Source: Nitrospinota bacterium
Lineage (GTDB): Bacteria > Nitrospinota > Nitrospinia > Nitrospinales > VA-1
Length of the DNA: 64,000 nt
NCBI GenBank assembly: GCA_014382285.1
Contig: JACNKA010000060.1
Span: 6,987-70,986, forward strand
Direction of reading: 5' to 3'
Shown here: one piece after another, positions 1-8,036 of the stretch
Layout: each line of letters begins with the position of its first letter
Position numbering within the stretch: the first letter of the stretch is position 1
Made by a program: the position numbers and the translations under genes
The notes under the pieces: generated by a model
What the model was told of the DNA's origin: nothing
Database searches by the model: none
The model's input: only the letters and a program-made list of their open reading frames with translations

Positions 1-1830
1 AACCTCTGCGCCAAAGGGCGCCTGGGACACGGCATCATTCATAACGACCAACGCATTGAATCCCCTCTCATGAATATGGGTGGGAGCTTTCAGGAAGTGA
101 CTTGGGAAGAAGCTCTGAAAACCATTGCCGACCGCATGCAAACAACGGTGAACCGCAGTGGACCTGATAGCCTTGCCGGGATTGCATCGGAAAAGTTGAT
201 GAATGAAGAGAATTACCTTTTTCAAAAATTATTCCGCAATCTACTTGGTTCCAATCAGGTTACCAACCTCGCTAGTTTAAGAGCGCCTTATCTGAACCAG
301 TTTATGCTGGACTGCTTTGCGAATGGAATCACATCACAACCAATCACTAAACTTCAAGAAGCAGATGTGGTGCTGGTTTTCAACTCCGACCTGCCGTCTG
401 AGTACCCGGTCGGAGGAAATTCTATTCGGTTCGGAACCACCTTCAGTCATACCGACTTATTGATTGCCAATCCAAGAAAAGTTGTTTTTGACAGCAACGC
501 CAAAGTCGATGTGCGAATGACTTACAAGCATGGCTCCGATTTGGCCGTGGCCTCTCGATTGTCACGCATCATAATCGACAACAATCTGGTCGATATTGCA
601 AAGGTGCAGTCTGCCATCCCCAACTATAACGAATGGGTACAGTCTTTAGCCGAGTATACCGCACAAGCGGTTGAGCAAACTACCGGCCTGCAGGATGACG
701 TTCTCACCCGCGCCGCAGAAAGGTTTGCAAGAGACGCGGATCGTTTTGTCATTATAGGAAACGATATTCTTGATACGGGTCAAGGCGAAGAGATTCTCAA
801 TGCCCTGCTCAACCTTTGCACCCTGGTTCAACAAGGAAGCGGTAGCACGAGCATTTATCCTCCAAGAGAGCATTGCAACTCTCAGGGCGTTAACGATATG
901 GGTTGTACTCCTGATTTTTTACCGGGCTATCAATCGATCAATGACTCTTCGGCTCTGGAAAAATTTACTGACGAATGGGGTGCCCTTTCTCTTAGCGACT
1001 CTAATCTCGCCGGAGACTTATTTCAAAATTGTATAAATGGCTCATTGAAATTCCTCTACATTGCGGGGGAAGATCCTCTTCAGTCCTATTTCAAACCCCA
1101 ATTGGTTAAAGAGGCTTTACGCACAGTGCCATTTCTGGTTGTCACCGATGTTTTTATGACCGACACCGCTAGAATGGCCGACCTGATTCTTCCTGCATCG
1201 ACCTTCGCAGAGAAAGAAGGCAGCTACACCAATATGTCTCGCCATGTTCAACGTGTCGCGCCCGCAGTAATTCCGCAAGGAATGTCCAAACCCGATTTCG
1301 ACATATTGATTGAGCTGGCAGATGCGCTGGGCAAACCTTTCAAAAATACAGATATTGCCAGTGTGCAACAGGAAATCGCAAATGTCACTCCAGCTTATAA
1401 GGGAGTTTTTCCAGGAAGCAAATCCATTCAGTGGACACCCGATTGCGCAAGCACGAACCCCAGGTTCCATAGCAATGGCAATTCAGCGGGACATAATGGC
1501 AAAGCTGAAGGTTTTCCCTTCACCCTGCAAACCAACAACCACATGTTCCACATAGGAAGCTACACCCAACACTCCAAAGCGCTAGTGGATATTGGGCCTG
1601 AGTGCATTGCCGAGTTGCATCCCGAAGATGCTCGAAATTTGGGCATCGATACAGGCGATCAGATTGTGGTTGAATCTTCCGTTGGCAAGCTAGAGGTCAA
1701 AGTCAAGACCAGCAAGGTGACCAGCCGGGGAATGCTGTATATCCCAAAAAACTGGACGACTGTACCTGTTAGTGCCTTACGAAATGGGGAAGAAGGCTTG
1801 ATTAGCGTAAAGATTTCTAAAGCAGACTAA
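1..1830 (+). CDS. nuoG: NuoG-like / FDH-alpha-like molybdopterin oxidoreductase family subunit, 5' end outside window
   Basis: Frame is open from base 1 (NLCAKGRLG, the CxKGR Fe-S motif end). Also has DLILPASTFAEKEGSYTN and a C-terminal Molydop_binding-like ELHPEDA domain, and is followed by nuoD. Confidence 0.75.
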   Translation, partial: NLCAKGRLGHGIIHNDQRIESPLMNMGGSFQEVTWEEALKTIADRMQTTVNRSGPDSLAGIASEKLMNEENYLFQKLFRNLLGSNQVTNLASLRAPYLNQFMLDCFANGITSQPITKLQEADVVLVFNSDLPSEYPVGGNSIRFGTTFSHTDLLIANPRKVVFDSNAKVDVRMTYKHGSDLAVASRLSRIIIDNNLVDIAKVQSAIPNYNEWVQSLAEYTAQAVEQTTGLQDDVLTRAAERFARDADRFVIIGNDILDTGQGEEILNALLNLCTLVQQGSGSTSIYPPREHCNSQGVNDMGCTPDFLPGYQSINDSSALEKFTDEWGALSLSDSNLAGDLFQNCINGSLKFLYIAGEDPLQSYFKPQLVKEALRTVPFLVVTDVFMTDTARMADLILPASTFAEKEGSYTNMSRHVQRVAPAVIPQGMSKPDFDILIELADALGKPFKNTDIASVQQEIANVTPAYKGVFPGSKSIQWTPDCASTNPRFHSNGNSAGHNGKAEGFPFTLQTNNHMFHIGSYTQHSKALVDIGPECIAELHPEDARNLGIDTGDQIVVESSVGKLEVKVKTSKVTSRGMLYIPKNWTTVPVSALRNGEEGLISVKISKAD

Positions 1831-1864
1831 CTTTAAATCACTTTATCCCGGTAACAGGATCGTT

Positions 1865-3055
1865 ATGGCAGACTTAAAAGAAAATCTACACACCGACCAT
1901 ATGGTCCTGAATATGGGCCCTTCGCATCCAGCCACACATGGGACAGTAAAGTTTCTCCTGACTCTGGATGGAGAAACAGTCGTCAACCTGGAAACCGAAA
2001 TTGGTTATCTGCATCGTGGCTTTGAAAAGATGTGCGAGAGCGTGACCTACTCGAATGTGTTTCCCTACACCGATCGGTTGAATTATTGTTCTGCCATCAT
2101 GAATAATATTGGCTTTGCACTGGCTGTAGAAAAGCTCTGCAACATCGAAATAACTGAGCGTTGCAAATACATCCGTGTTGTCACCAATGAGCTTTCACGA
2201 ATTTCAGATCATTACACGAATATAGCCGCTGCGGCACTGGAACTGGGAGCATTGACCGCTTTTATTTATTTTGTAGAAGCCCGCGAAATCGTCTGGGATT
2301 TATTGGAAAAAGTTTGCGGTGCTCGCCTGACCTCAAACTATATCCGCATTGGTGGCCTGATGTGTGATTTGCCACCAGGCTTCGATGAAGATCTTGAAGC
2401 TAGTTACCCCAAACTCGACTCACTGTTTGAAGACGTAGACAATCTTCTGACCAAAAACCGGATCTTCATAGACCGGATGGCAGACACCGGTGCTATCCCG
2501 GTAGAAAGTGCCATTTCATGGGGCTTCACCGGCCCATGCCTACGTGCCAGCGGGGTCGATTACGATGTTCGCAAGAACCATCCTTACCTTTGCTACGATA
2601 AAATAGATTTTGATATTCCTCTGGGAAAAACTGGCGACAATTTCGATCGGTATCTCGTCCGAATGGAAGAGATCAAACAAAGTTTCAGGATCATTAAGCA
2701 GGCAATGCGAGATATGCCAGATGGCCCCATCAATGTTGCCAATCCCTATTTGCGTAGTCCGGCCAAGCCCGATGTCTATGCCCGGATGGAAGAAATGATC
2801 GCTCATTTCAAAATGGTCATTGATGGAATCAAGCCTCCTGTTGGGGAGGTCTATTTTCCGACTGAAGCCGCAAACGGTGAGTTGGGTTTCTATCTGGTCA
2901 GTGATGGCTCAGGCAAGCCCTACAAATGTCGGGTTCGCCCCCCCTCTTTCACCCTGACCGCCGCAATGGGTGAGATGTGCAAAGGTGCAATGCTTGCCGA
3001 CATCATCCCCACCTTCGACATGATCAATATGATCGGTGGTGAGTGCGACAGGTAG
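1865..3055 (+). CDS. nuoD: NADH-quinone oxidoreductase subunit D
   Basis: Motifs LNMGPSHPATHG, GYLHRGFEK, DRLNY, RPPSF and C-terminal GECDR. Confidence 0.96.
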   Translation: MADLKENLHTDHMVLNMGPSHPATHGTVKFLLTLDGETVVNLETEIGYLHRGFEKMCESVTYSNVFPYTDRLNYCSAIMNNIGFALAVEKLCNIEITERCKYIRVVTNELSRISDHYTNIAAAALELGALTAFIYFVEAREIVWDLLEKVCGARLTSNYIRIGGLMCDLPPGFDEDLEASYPKLDSLFEDVDNLLTKNRIFIDRMADTGAIPVESAISWGFTGPCLRASGVDYDVRKNHPYLCYDKIDFDIPLGKTGDNFDRYLVRMEEIKQSFRIIKQAMRDMPDGPINVANPYLRSPAKPDVYARMEEMIAHFKMVIDGIKPPVGEVYFPTEAANGELGFYLVSDGSGKPYKCRVRPPSFTLTAAMGEMCKGAMLADIIPTFDMINMIGGECDR

Positions 3056-3235
3056 AACCGTATCAATAATCACTTCCTCCACTCCATCTTATTAAAACAT
3101 CCCCGACTCTTTAAACCACTCTGGGTAGCCACCTTAAAAAACGCATAGGTATTCCGTCGATCAAAAATTTATTTAGCTCCAGATCAAACTGGAAAACCTA
3201 CGAGAATGATTTGTTGATCAAAAAAAGATTTAATG

Positions 3236-3320
3236 CCGGGTGGGTTTGGCGTTAGGATGGAAAAGGCCCGCCACTAACCGTGGAGCCGATTCCTTAGTCA
3301 TCGTGCCCCGAAAGGGGCAA
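3236..3320 (+). other. Candidate structured RNA element (three adjacent hairpins)
   Basis: Stems GGTGGGTTT/AGGCCCGCC, ACTAA..GGA/TCC.TTAGT and TGCCCC-GAAA-GGGGCA. No family recognised. Confidence 0.35.
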
Positions 3321-3364
3321 TAACTTTTCTATCAAAAAAATGGGTGGCTTGATGAGGTCTTGCT

Positions 3365-3383
3365 CCACGCCCAACGGGCGTGG
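3365..3383. repeat. GC-rich palindrome (REP-like or RNA-stabilising hairpin)
   Basis: CCACGCCC-AAC-GGGCGTGG, a perfect 8-bp stem just past the tatA stop codon. Confidence 0.5.
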
Positions 3384-3388
3384 CCCGG

Positions 3389-3850
3389 TTAAAAGGTGTC
3401 CCGAGAAATTCCCCGATCACGCCCTCTTCCACCTGGAGTACGACCTAAAGATGTGGTGAAGACATCCCCTTGCTGAACCAGACCATCGTGCTTAGTCCTG
3501 ATAGTTCCAATTCGGTTTTTTTCGATCTCTTTGGCGGCTTCGTCAATCAGGTCTTCTTCTTTTTTTGCCGCTTTCGTTTTAGCTACTGGCTTGGCCCCCT
3601 CTTTAGCCACGGTGCCCTCGCCTTCGCTTGTTCCTTCTGCCGGTTCTGATGCCTCTGCGGTTTCACCCTCTGTGGTTTCACCAGAGGTTTCCGCACCCAG
3701 TTCTTCGGCCTCGGCCTCTTTCATAGAGCTTTTAAAGTTCTTGATACTTCTTCCAAACGCCGAACCAATTTCCGGCAACTTTCCGGCCCCAAAAATGATC
3801 ATAATAATGACCAGAATTACCATTAACTCAGGAAAACCTATTCCCATCAT
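3389..3850 (-). CDS. tatA: Twin-arginine translocase TatA/TatE family subunit with long C-terminal tail
   Basis: MGIGFPEL..IIFGAGKLPEIGSAFGRSIKNFK signature; AAGGAG RBS. Confidence 0.92.
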   Translation of the reverse strand: MMGIGFPELMVILVIIMIIFGAGKLPEIGSAFGRSIKNFKSSMKEAEAEELGAETSGETTEGETAEASEPAEGTSEGEGTVAKEGAKPVAKTKAAKKEEDLIDEAAKEIEKNRIGTIRTKHDGLVQQGDVFTTSLGRTPGGRGRDRGISRDTF

Positions 3851-4000
3851 AAGCTTTTTCTCCTTTTGACTGATCCGATTTGAATGTCAGTCTAGCAAAA
3901 TAAATGCTGAATTGACAGGAATTTAGTGGCCCTGGCATGGTGCCAACCGGCTTTAATCTTCCAATTAATATCTGCCTGAATTACCCAACAAAAACTCAAA

Positions 4001-4034
4001 AATAAAACGGGAACCTGGTATTTCCAGGTTCCCG
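4001..4034 (-). terminator. Intrinsic terminator of 4057-4416
   Basis: 11-bp perfect stem CGGGAACCTGG/CCAGGTTCCCG followed on the minus strand by TTTTATTTT. Confidence 0.8.
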
Positions 4035-4056
4035 CATCAAAATCACCAAAACTGTC

Positions 4057-4416
4057 TTAATGTCCCAAATGACCGTTCAAAATGGGAGAATCCAGAATCT
4101 TTTTATTTCCATTAGCGAGCTTTTTGGCTTTCGCAAAATGCTTGGTAGCCGCACCATGGTCTCCCAGTTTATCCAAAGCCACCGCTTCATTAAAATGTAT
4201 TTCTGCTATTGAACTGTCTTCCCCTGCCGCTTCTTTGAAATGCTTCAATGCTTCGTCAGCATGCCCCATCCCCCAATGCTTGATCCCCGCTTTGTTATGC
4301 ATGTCAGCACCGGGGTTAGATCCCGCAGGAAGTTCCATGGGTCCCTCGCCAGCAAAAGCCATGAGAGGAAAAGAAATCAGAAGCAAGGCAAACAAAACTG
4401 AAAATACGGTTTTCAT
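4057..4416 (-). CDS. Small secreted His-rich TPR protein
   Basis: Signal peptide ending AFA; TPR-like AEIHFNEAVALDKLGDHGAATKHF; GGGAG RBS; own terminator. Confidence 0.8.
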   Translation of the reverse strand: MKTVFSVLFALLLISFPLMAFAGEGPMELPAGSNPGADMHNKAGIKHWGMGHADEALKHFKEAAGEDSSIAEIHFNEAVALDKLGDHGAATKHFAKAKKLANGNKKILDSPILNGHLGH

Positions 4417-4615
4417 ATCACAACTCCCTTAATGTTAAGTTTCCAGTCACCTAAAAAATACTGAGTAAGGTTTTATCTAATTTAGCATATTTATGGGTTC
4501 AAATTGAATCTCATAAAATGATATTGTTATATTTGACCCCGTTCAGCAATAAGTTTATGATAAGCTGTTTTTAGCAAAGTATTGTATTTAATGAATTTTT
4601 TCGTCTCATTTTTTT

Positions 4616-5110
4616 ATGTCCGAAGAACAAATTATTGATCTAGACAAGCTGATTTCCGATAGGACGGAAAGAGGGGTCGTGGATGTCAGTCTTAATCTGG
4701 AAAACAAAAAACTGGGCGATGATGAGATCATTCGACTGGCAGAAAACGAAAATCTGGCTGAAGTGACCCACTTGGAACTGGGAGAAAATAGTATCAGCGA
4801 TACTGGCGTGTCAGCGCTTTGCCAGTCCCCTTACCTGAAAAAATTAAAATCATTAAGTTTAAAATCCAATAATATAACTGAAGCAGGAGCTCAACATTTA
4901 GCCCACGCATCCAACCTGACCCAACTGGAACAACTGGTTTTAAAATTCAATCGCATCGGGGAAGAGGGAGCAAAATATCTGGCTCAATCAGAAACCCTTA
5001 CAAACCTGACCACATTAGATCTCTTTCGCAACCATATTGGAGAAGCAGGAGCCAAAGCCATTAAAGCCTCAAAAAACTTCAGGAGAGTGAGCCGTCTCAG
5101 GCTCGACTAA
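4616..5110 (+). CDS. Leucine-rich repeat protein (RI-like/GALA-like)
   Basis: About five repeats of LxxLxLxxNxIxxxGAxxL. Confidence 0.88.
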   Translation: MSEEQIIDLDKLISDRTERGVVDVSLNLENKKLGDDEIIRLAENENLAEVTHLELGENSISDTGVSALCQSPYLKKLKSLSLKSNNITEAGAQHLAHASNLTQLEQLVLKFNRIGEEGAKYLAQSETLTNLTTLDLFRNHIGEAGAKAIKASKNFRRVSRLRLD

Positions 5111-5111
5111 A

Positions 5112-5540
5112 TTGCCAATGGATTTATCCAGAGCCTATCCCCGTAGCCCGAAACTGAAAATGTCCGGCCTGGTACACTTGGCGCGCGTGATAGATAAAGC
5201 CCGAGCTTTTAGAGAAAACAAGATGGCGGACTATATTTATCCCTGCCCCTTGGACAAAATCATATTGAACTTCCTGCGTATCGATTCTGATGCATTCGCA
5301 ATTAAAGCTATGGAGTGCGGAGATGATGAAATTAGTGCATGGTCCCAGGAAATACTTAAAGATAAAAAATCCGAAGAGCTCGATTTCATCAATGATCAGA
5401 TTCTTGAACGAAGGCCTGACTCTGAGGACCGACTAAAATATTTCCAGGAAGTTCGCGACAGGATTGATCCTTCAAGGGAAGACATCAACACATGGGTCGA
5501 CCTTCTGGATCTGGAAGAAGGCCGCTTGCCACCAAAATAA
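5112..5540 (+). CDS. DUF5069-like protein (start possibly ATG 5118)
   Basis: DLSRAYPRSP, GLVHLARVIDKARA, YIYPCPLD and TWVDLLDLEEGR match my recollection of this family. Confidence 0.75.
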   Translation: MPMDLSRAYPRSPKLKMSGLVHLARVIDKARAFRENKMADYIYPCPLDKIILNFLRIDSDAFAIKAMECGDDEISAWSQEILKDKKSEELDFINDQILERRPDSEDRLKYFQEVRDRIDPSREDINTWVDLLDLEEGRLPPK

Positions 5541-5614
5541 TTTCTTTCAATATTTTTAGCGCGTGTAATCACTATCCCTTTTACCAGCCTGTTCCCCGCT
5601 TGACGTTATAACGA

Positions 5615-8008
5615 TTGACCATGAAAAAATCACTGAAAAACCAGAAACCCAACAAACTAAAAAAGAAAAAGGAACGTTCCAAGTTTGTAAAAGTTTTCCT
5701 AATCACGTTTTATTCTCTCACCCTTTTTAGTTTGGTCGCAGGTTTTATCGGAGCCGGCTTCATTTATTTTCACTATTCTAAAGACCTTCCAGATGTTCGT
5801 GAGTTAAGAAATTATCATCCCAGCACCATCACCCAGATTTATTCAAGTGGTGATGAAAAAATTGCTGAGTTTTATATAGAAAAGCGCATTATGATTCCGC
5901 TTGAAGATATCCCTCTGGCCTTGAAGCAAGCCGCTCTGGCAGTTGAAGACTCCAACTTCTACTATCATTTTGGCATTGATCCTAAGGCTATATTCAGGGC
6001 TTTCATCACCAATCTAAAGGCCGGTTACGTGGTTGAGGGTGGCAGCACCATCACCCAGCAGTTATCCAAAACGCTATTTCTATCCCGCGAGCGAACTTTA
6101 CCCCGGAAAATCAAGGAAGCTATTCTAGCCGTCAGGTTGGAACTGGTTTTCACCAAAGATGAGATACTCGAAATGTATCTCAACCAGATTTATTACGGAC
6201 ATGGTAGTTATGGTGTGGAAGCGGCCTCCCGCACCTATTTTGGCAAAGGTGTTGCGGATACTAGCATCGCGGAATGCGCCCTGCTTGCCAGCCTCCCAAA
6301 AGCTCCCAATCACTACTCACCGTATAAAGACCCGGAACGAGCGCGCAAAAGAAGAAATCATACCATTCGAAGAATGGCCTACCTTTCCTTTATTACCAAG
6401 GAAGAATCTAAACTGGCCATGGAAGAAGAATTTCACCTCGGCGAAGTCACCGACATGCTCAACAGAGCACCCTATTTTGTGGAGCACATTCGACAGTTTC
6501 TTGAAGAGAAATTCGGCAGTAGTAAACTTTATCGTGGAGGTTTAAAAGTTTATACCACGCTGGATATCGACCTTCAGGAATCCGCCCAGAACGCTGTCAT
6601 AGAAAACCTGAGAGTCGCCGACAAACGATATGGCTATCGAGGCCCGTTAGGCACCCTGTATTTATCCAATGGGGAAGTGGCCAACCAGGAAGCTCTCATC
6701 AAAATGAACAGTTTTGAAGAGGGTGAAAGCATCACCGAAGGGAAGATTATCAAGGGTGTGGTTTGGTCAGTGGGTAATAAACAAGCAGAGGTTCTTTTAG
6801 GCCCCGATCAGGGGACCATAGATATTCTCGATATGAACTGGGCAAGGCCTCCAAATACCCGACTGGATGGAAAATGGGCCAGAATAAAAAACCCAGGTGA
6901 AGCTCTTGCCCCGGGAGATTTGATTTGGGTAAAACCATTAAGGCTAAAAGATGGCGGATGGGAACTGGCCTTGGAACAGGAACCCAAAGTGGAAGGTAGT
7001 CTGGTAAGTCTGGACCCAAAAACCGGTCAACTCAAGGCTATGGTCGGAGGTTATGACTTCTCCAAGAGCCAGTTTAACCGAGCCGTGCAGGCTATTCGAC
7101 AACCCGGCTCCGCATTCAAACCTATTATTTATGCTGCGGCCATCCAAGAAGGCTATTCTCCTTCCAGTATCATCATAGACTCGCCGATAATTTTCAAAGA
7201 GAAGGAGGATGCTTTCGACAGATGGAAACCTGTGAATTTTGAGGAAAAGTTTTACGGACCGACATCCCTGAGAACCGCCCTCACCCACTCCCGCAATGTC
7301 GTGACGGTCAAACTCATGCAAAGCATTGGTATAAAGGGAACCATCAACCTGGCAAAGAGTTTGGGAATCTCCAGCAATATGGAAAAAAACCTATCTATTT
7401 CACTGGGGTCATCCGGGTTAACATTGTTTGAACTCACATCTGCCTATTCAGCATTTGCCAATAACGGAACCCTGATCAAACCCAGTGCAATCAGAAATAT
7501 TCAAAATCGTAAAGGAGAAGTTCTATACACCTCGACCCCTGAAATTACCCAGCCGATCTCGCCAGACGTTGCATATATCATCACCAGCTTATTGCAAAGT
7601 GTCGTGGAGCATGGAACCGGGAAAAAGGTCAAATCGCTCAACCGGCCTGTAGCGGGTAAAACAGGCACAACAAACAATTACGTAGATGCGTGGTTTATGG
7701 GATACACACCCGAGCTGGTGACCGGAGTCTGGGTGGGTAAGGATAAAGATGAGCCCCTGGGAAAAAATGAAACAGGGTCCCGTACAGCCATACCTATCTG
7801 GCTACAATTCATGCAAGAAGCGCTTGTCAACAAACCCATCATCAATTTTCAAGCACCAAGAAATATTCAATATTTAAGGATCCAACCGGAAACGGGTGAA
7901 CCGGCTTCATTTAACGAGCCTAACTCTGAGTTCGAAATCTTCTCACAGGATCACCTCCCTGAAAATGAAGAACCTTTTCTTGAGGGTTTACTGAAAGACA
8001 CATTCTGA
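5615..8008 (+). CDS. mrcA: Class A penicillin-binding protein 1A
   Basis: N-terminal TM; transglycosylase EDSNFYYHFG and GGSTITQQL; transpeptidase SAFK, SRN and KTG. Confidence 0.95.
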   Translation: MTMKKSLKNQKPNKLKKKKERSKFVKVFLITFYSLTLFSLVAGFIGAGFIYFHYSKDLPDVRELRNYHPSTITQIYSSGDEKIAEFYIEKRIMIPLEDIPLALKQAALAVEDSNFYYHFGIDPKAIFRAFITNLKAGYVVEGGSTITQQLSKTLFLSRERTLPRKIKEAILAVRLELVFTKDEILEMYLNQIYYGHGSYGVEAASRTYFGKGVADTSIAECALLASLPKAPNHYSPYKDPERARKRRNHTIRRMAYLSFITKEESKLAMEEEFHLGEVTDMLNRAPYFVEHIRQFLEEKFGSSKLYRGGLKVYTTLDIDLQESAQNAVIENLRVADKRYGYRGPLGTLYLSNGEVANQEALIKMNSFEEGESITEGKIIKGVVWSVGNKQAEVLLGPDQGTIDILDMNWARPPNTRLDGKWARIKNPGEALAPGDLIWVKPLRLKDGGWELALEQEPKVEGSLVSLDPKTGQLKAMVGGYDFSKSQFNRAVQAIRQPGSAFKPIIYAAAIQEGYSPSSIIIDSPIIFKEKEDAFDRWKPVNFEEKFYGPTSLRTALTHSRNVVTVKLMQSIGIKGTINLAKSLGISSNMEKNLSISLGSSGLTLFELTSAYSAFANNGTLIKPSAIRNIQNRKGEVLYTSTPEITQPISPDVAYIITSLLQSVVEHGTGKKVKSLNRPVAGKTGTTNNYVDAWFMGYTPELVTGVWVGKDKDEPLGKNETGSRTAIPIWLQFMQEALVNKPIINFQAPRNIQYLRIQPETGEPASFNEPNSEFEIFSQDHLPENEEPFLEGLLKDTF

Positions 8009-8036
8009 AGCTATGGGGGAAGTACTACGAGACCAC

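Noticed and set aside
3345..3390. TTGATGAG near hairpins suggesting a hammerhead ribozyme
   Set aside because: The core CTGATGA is not intact and no correctly placed GAAA and cleavage triplet were found.
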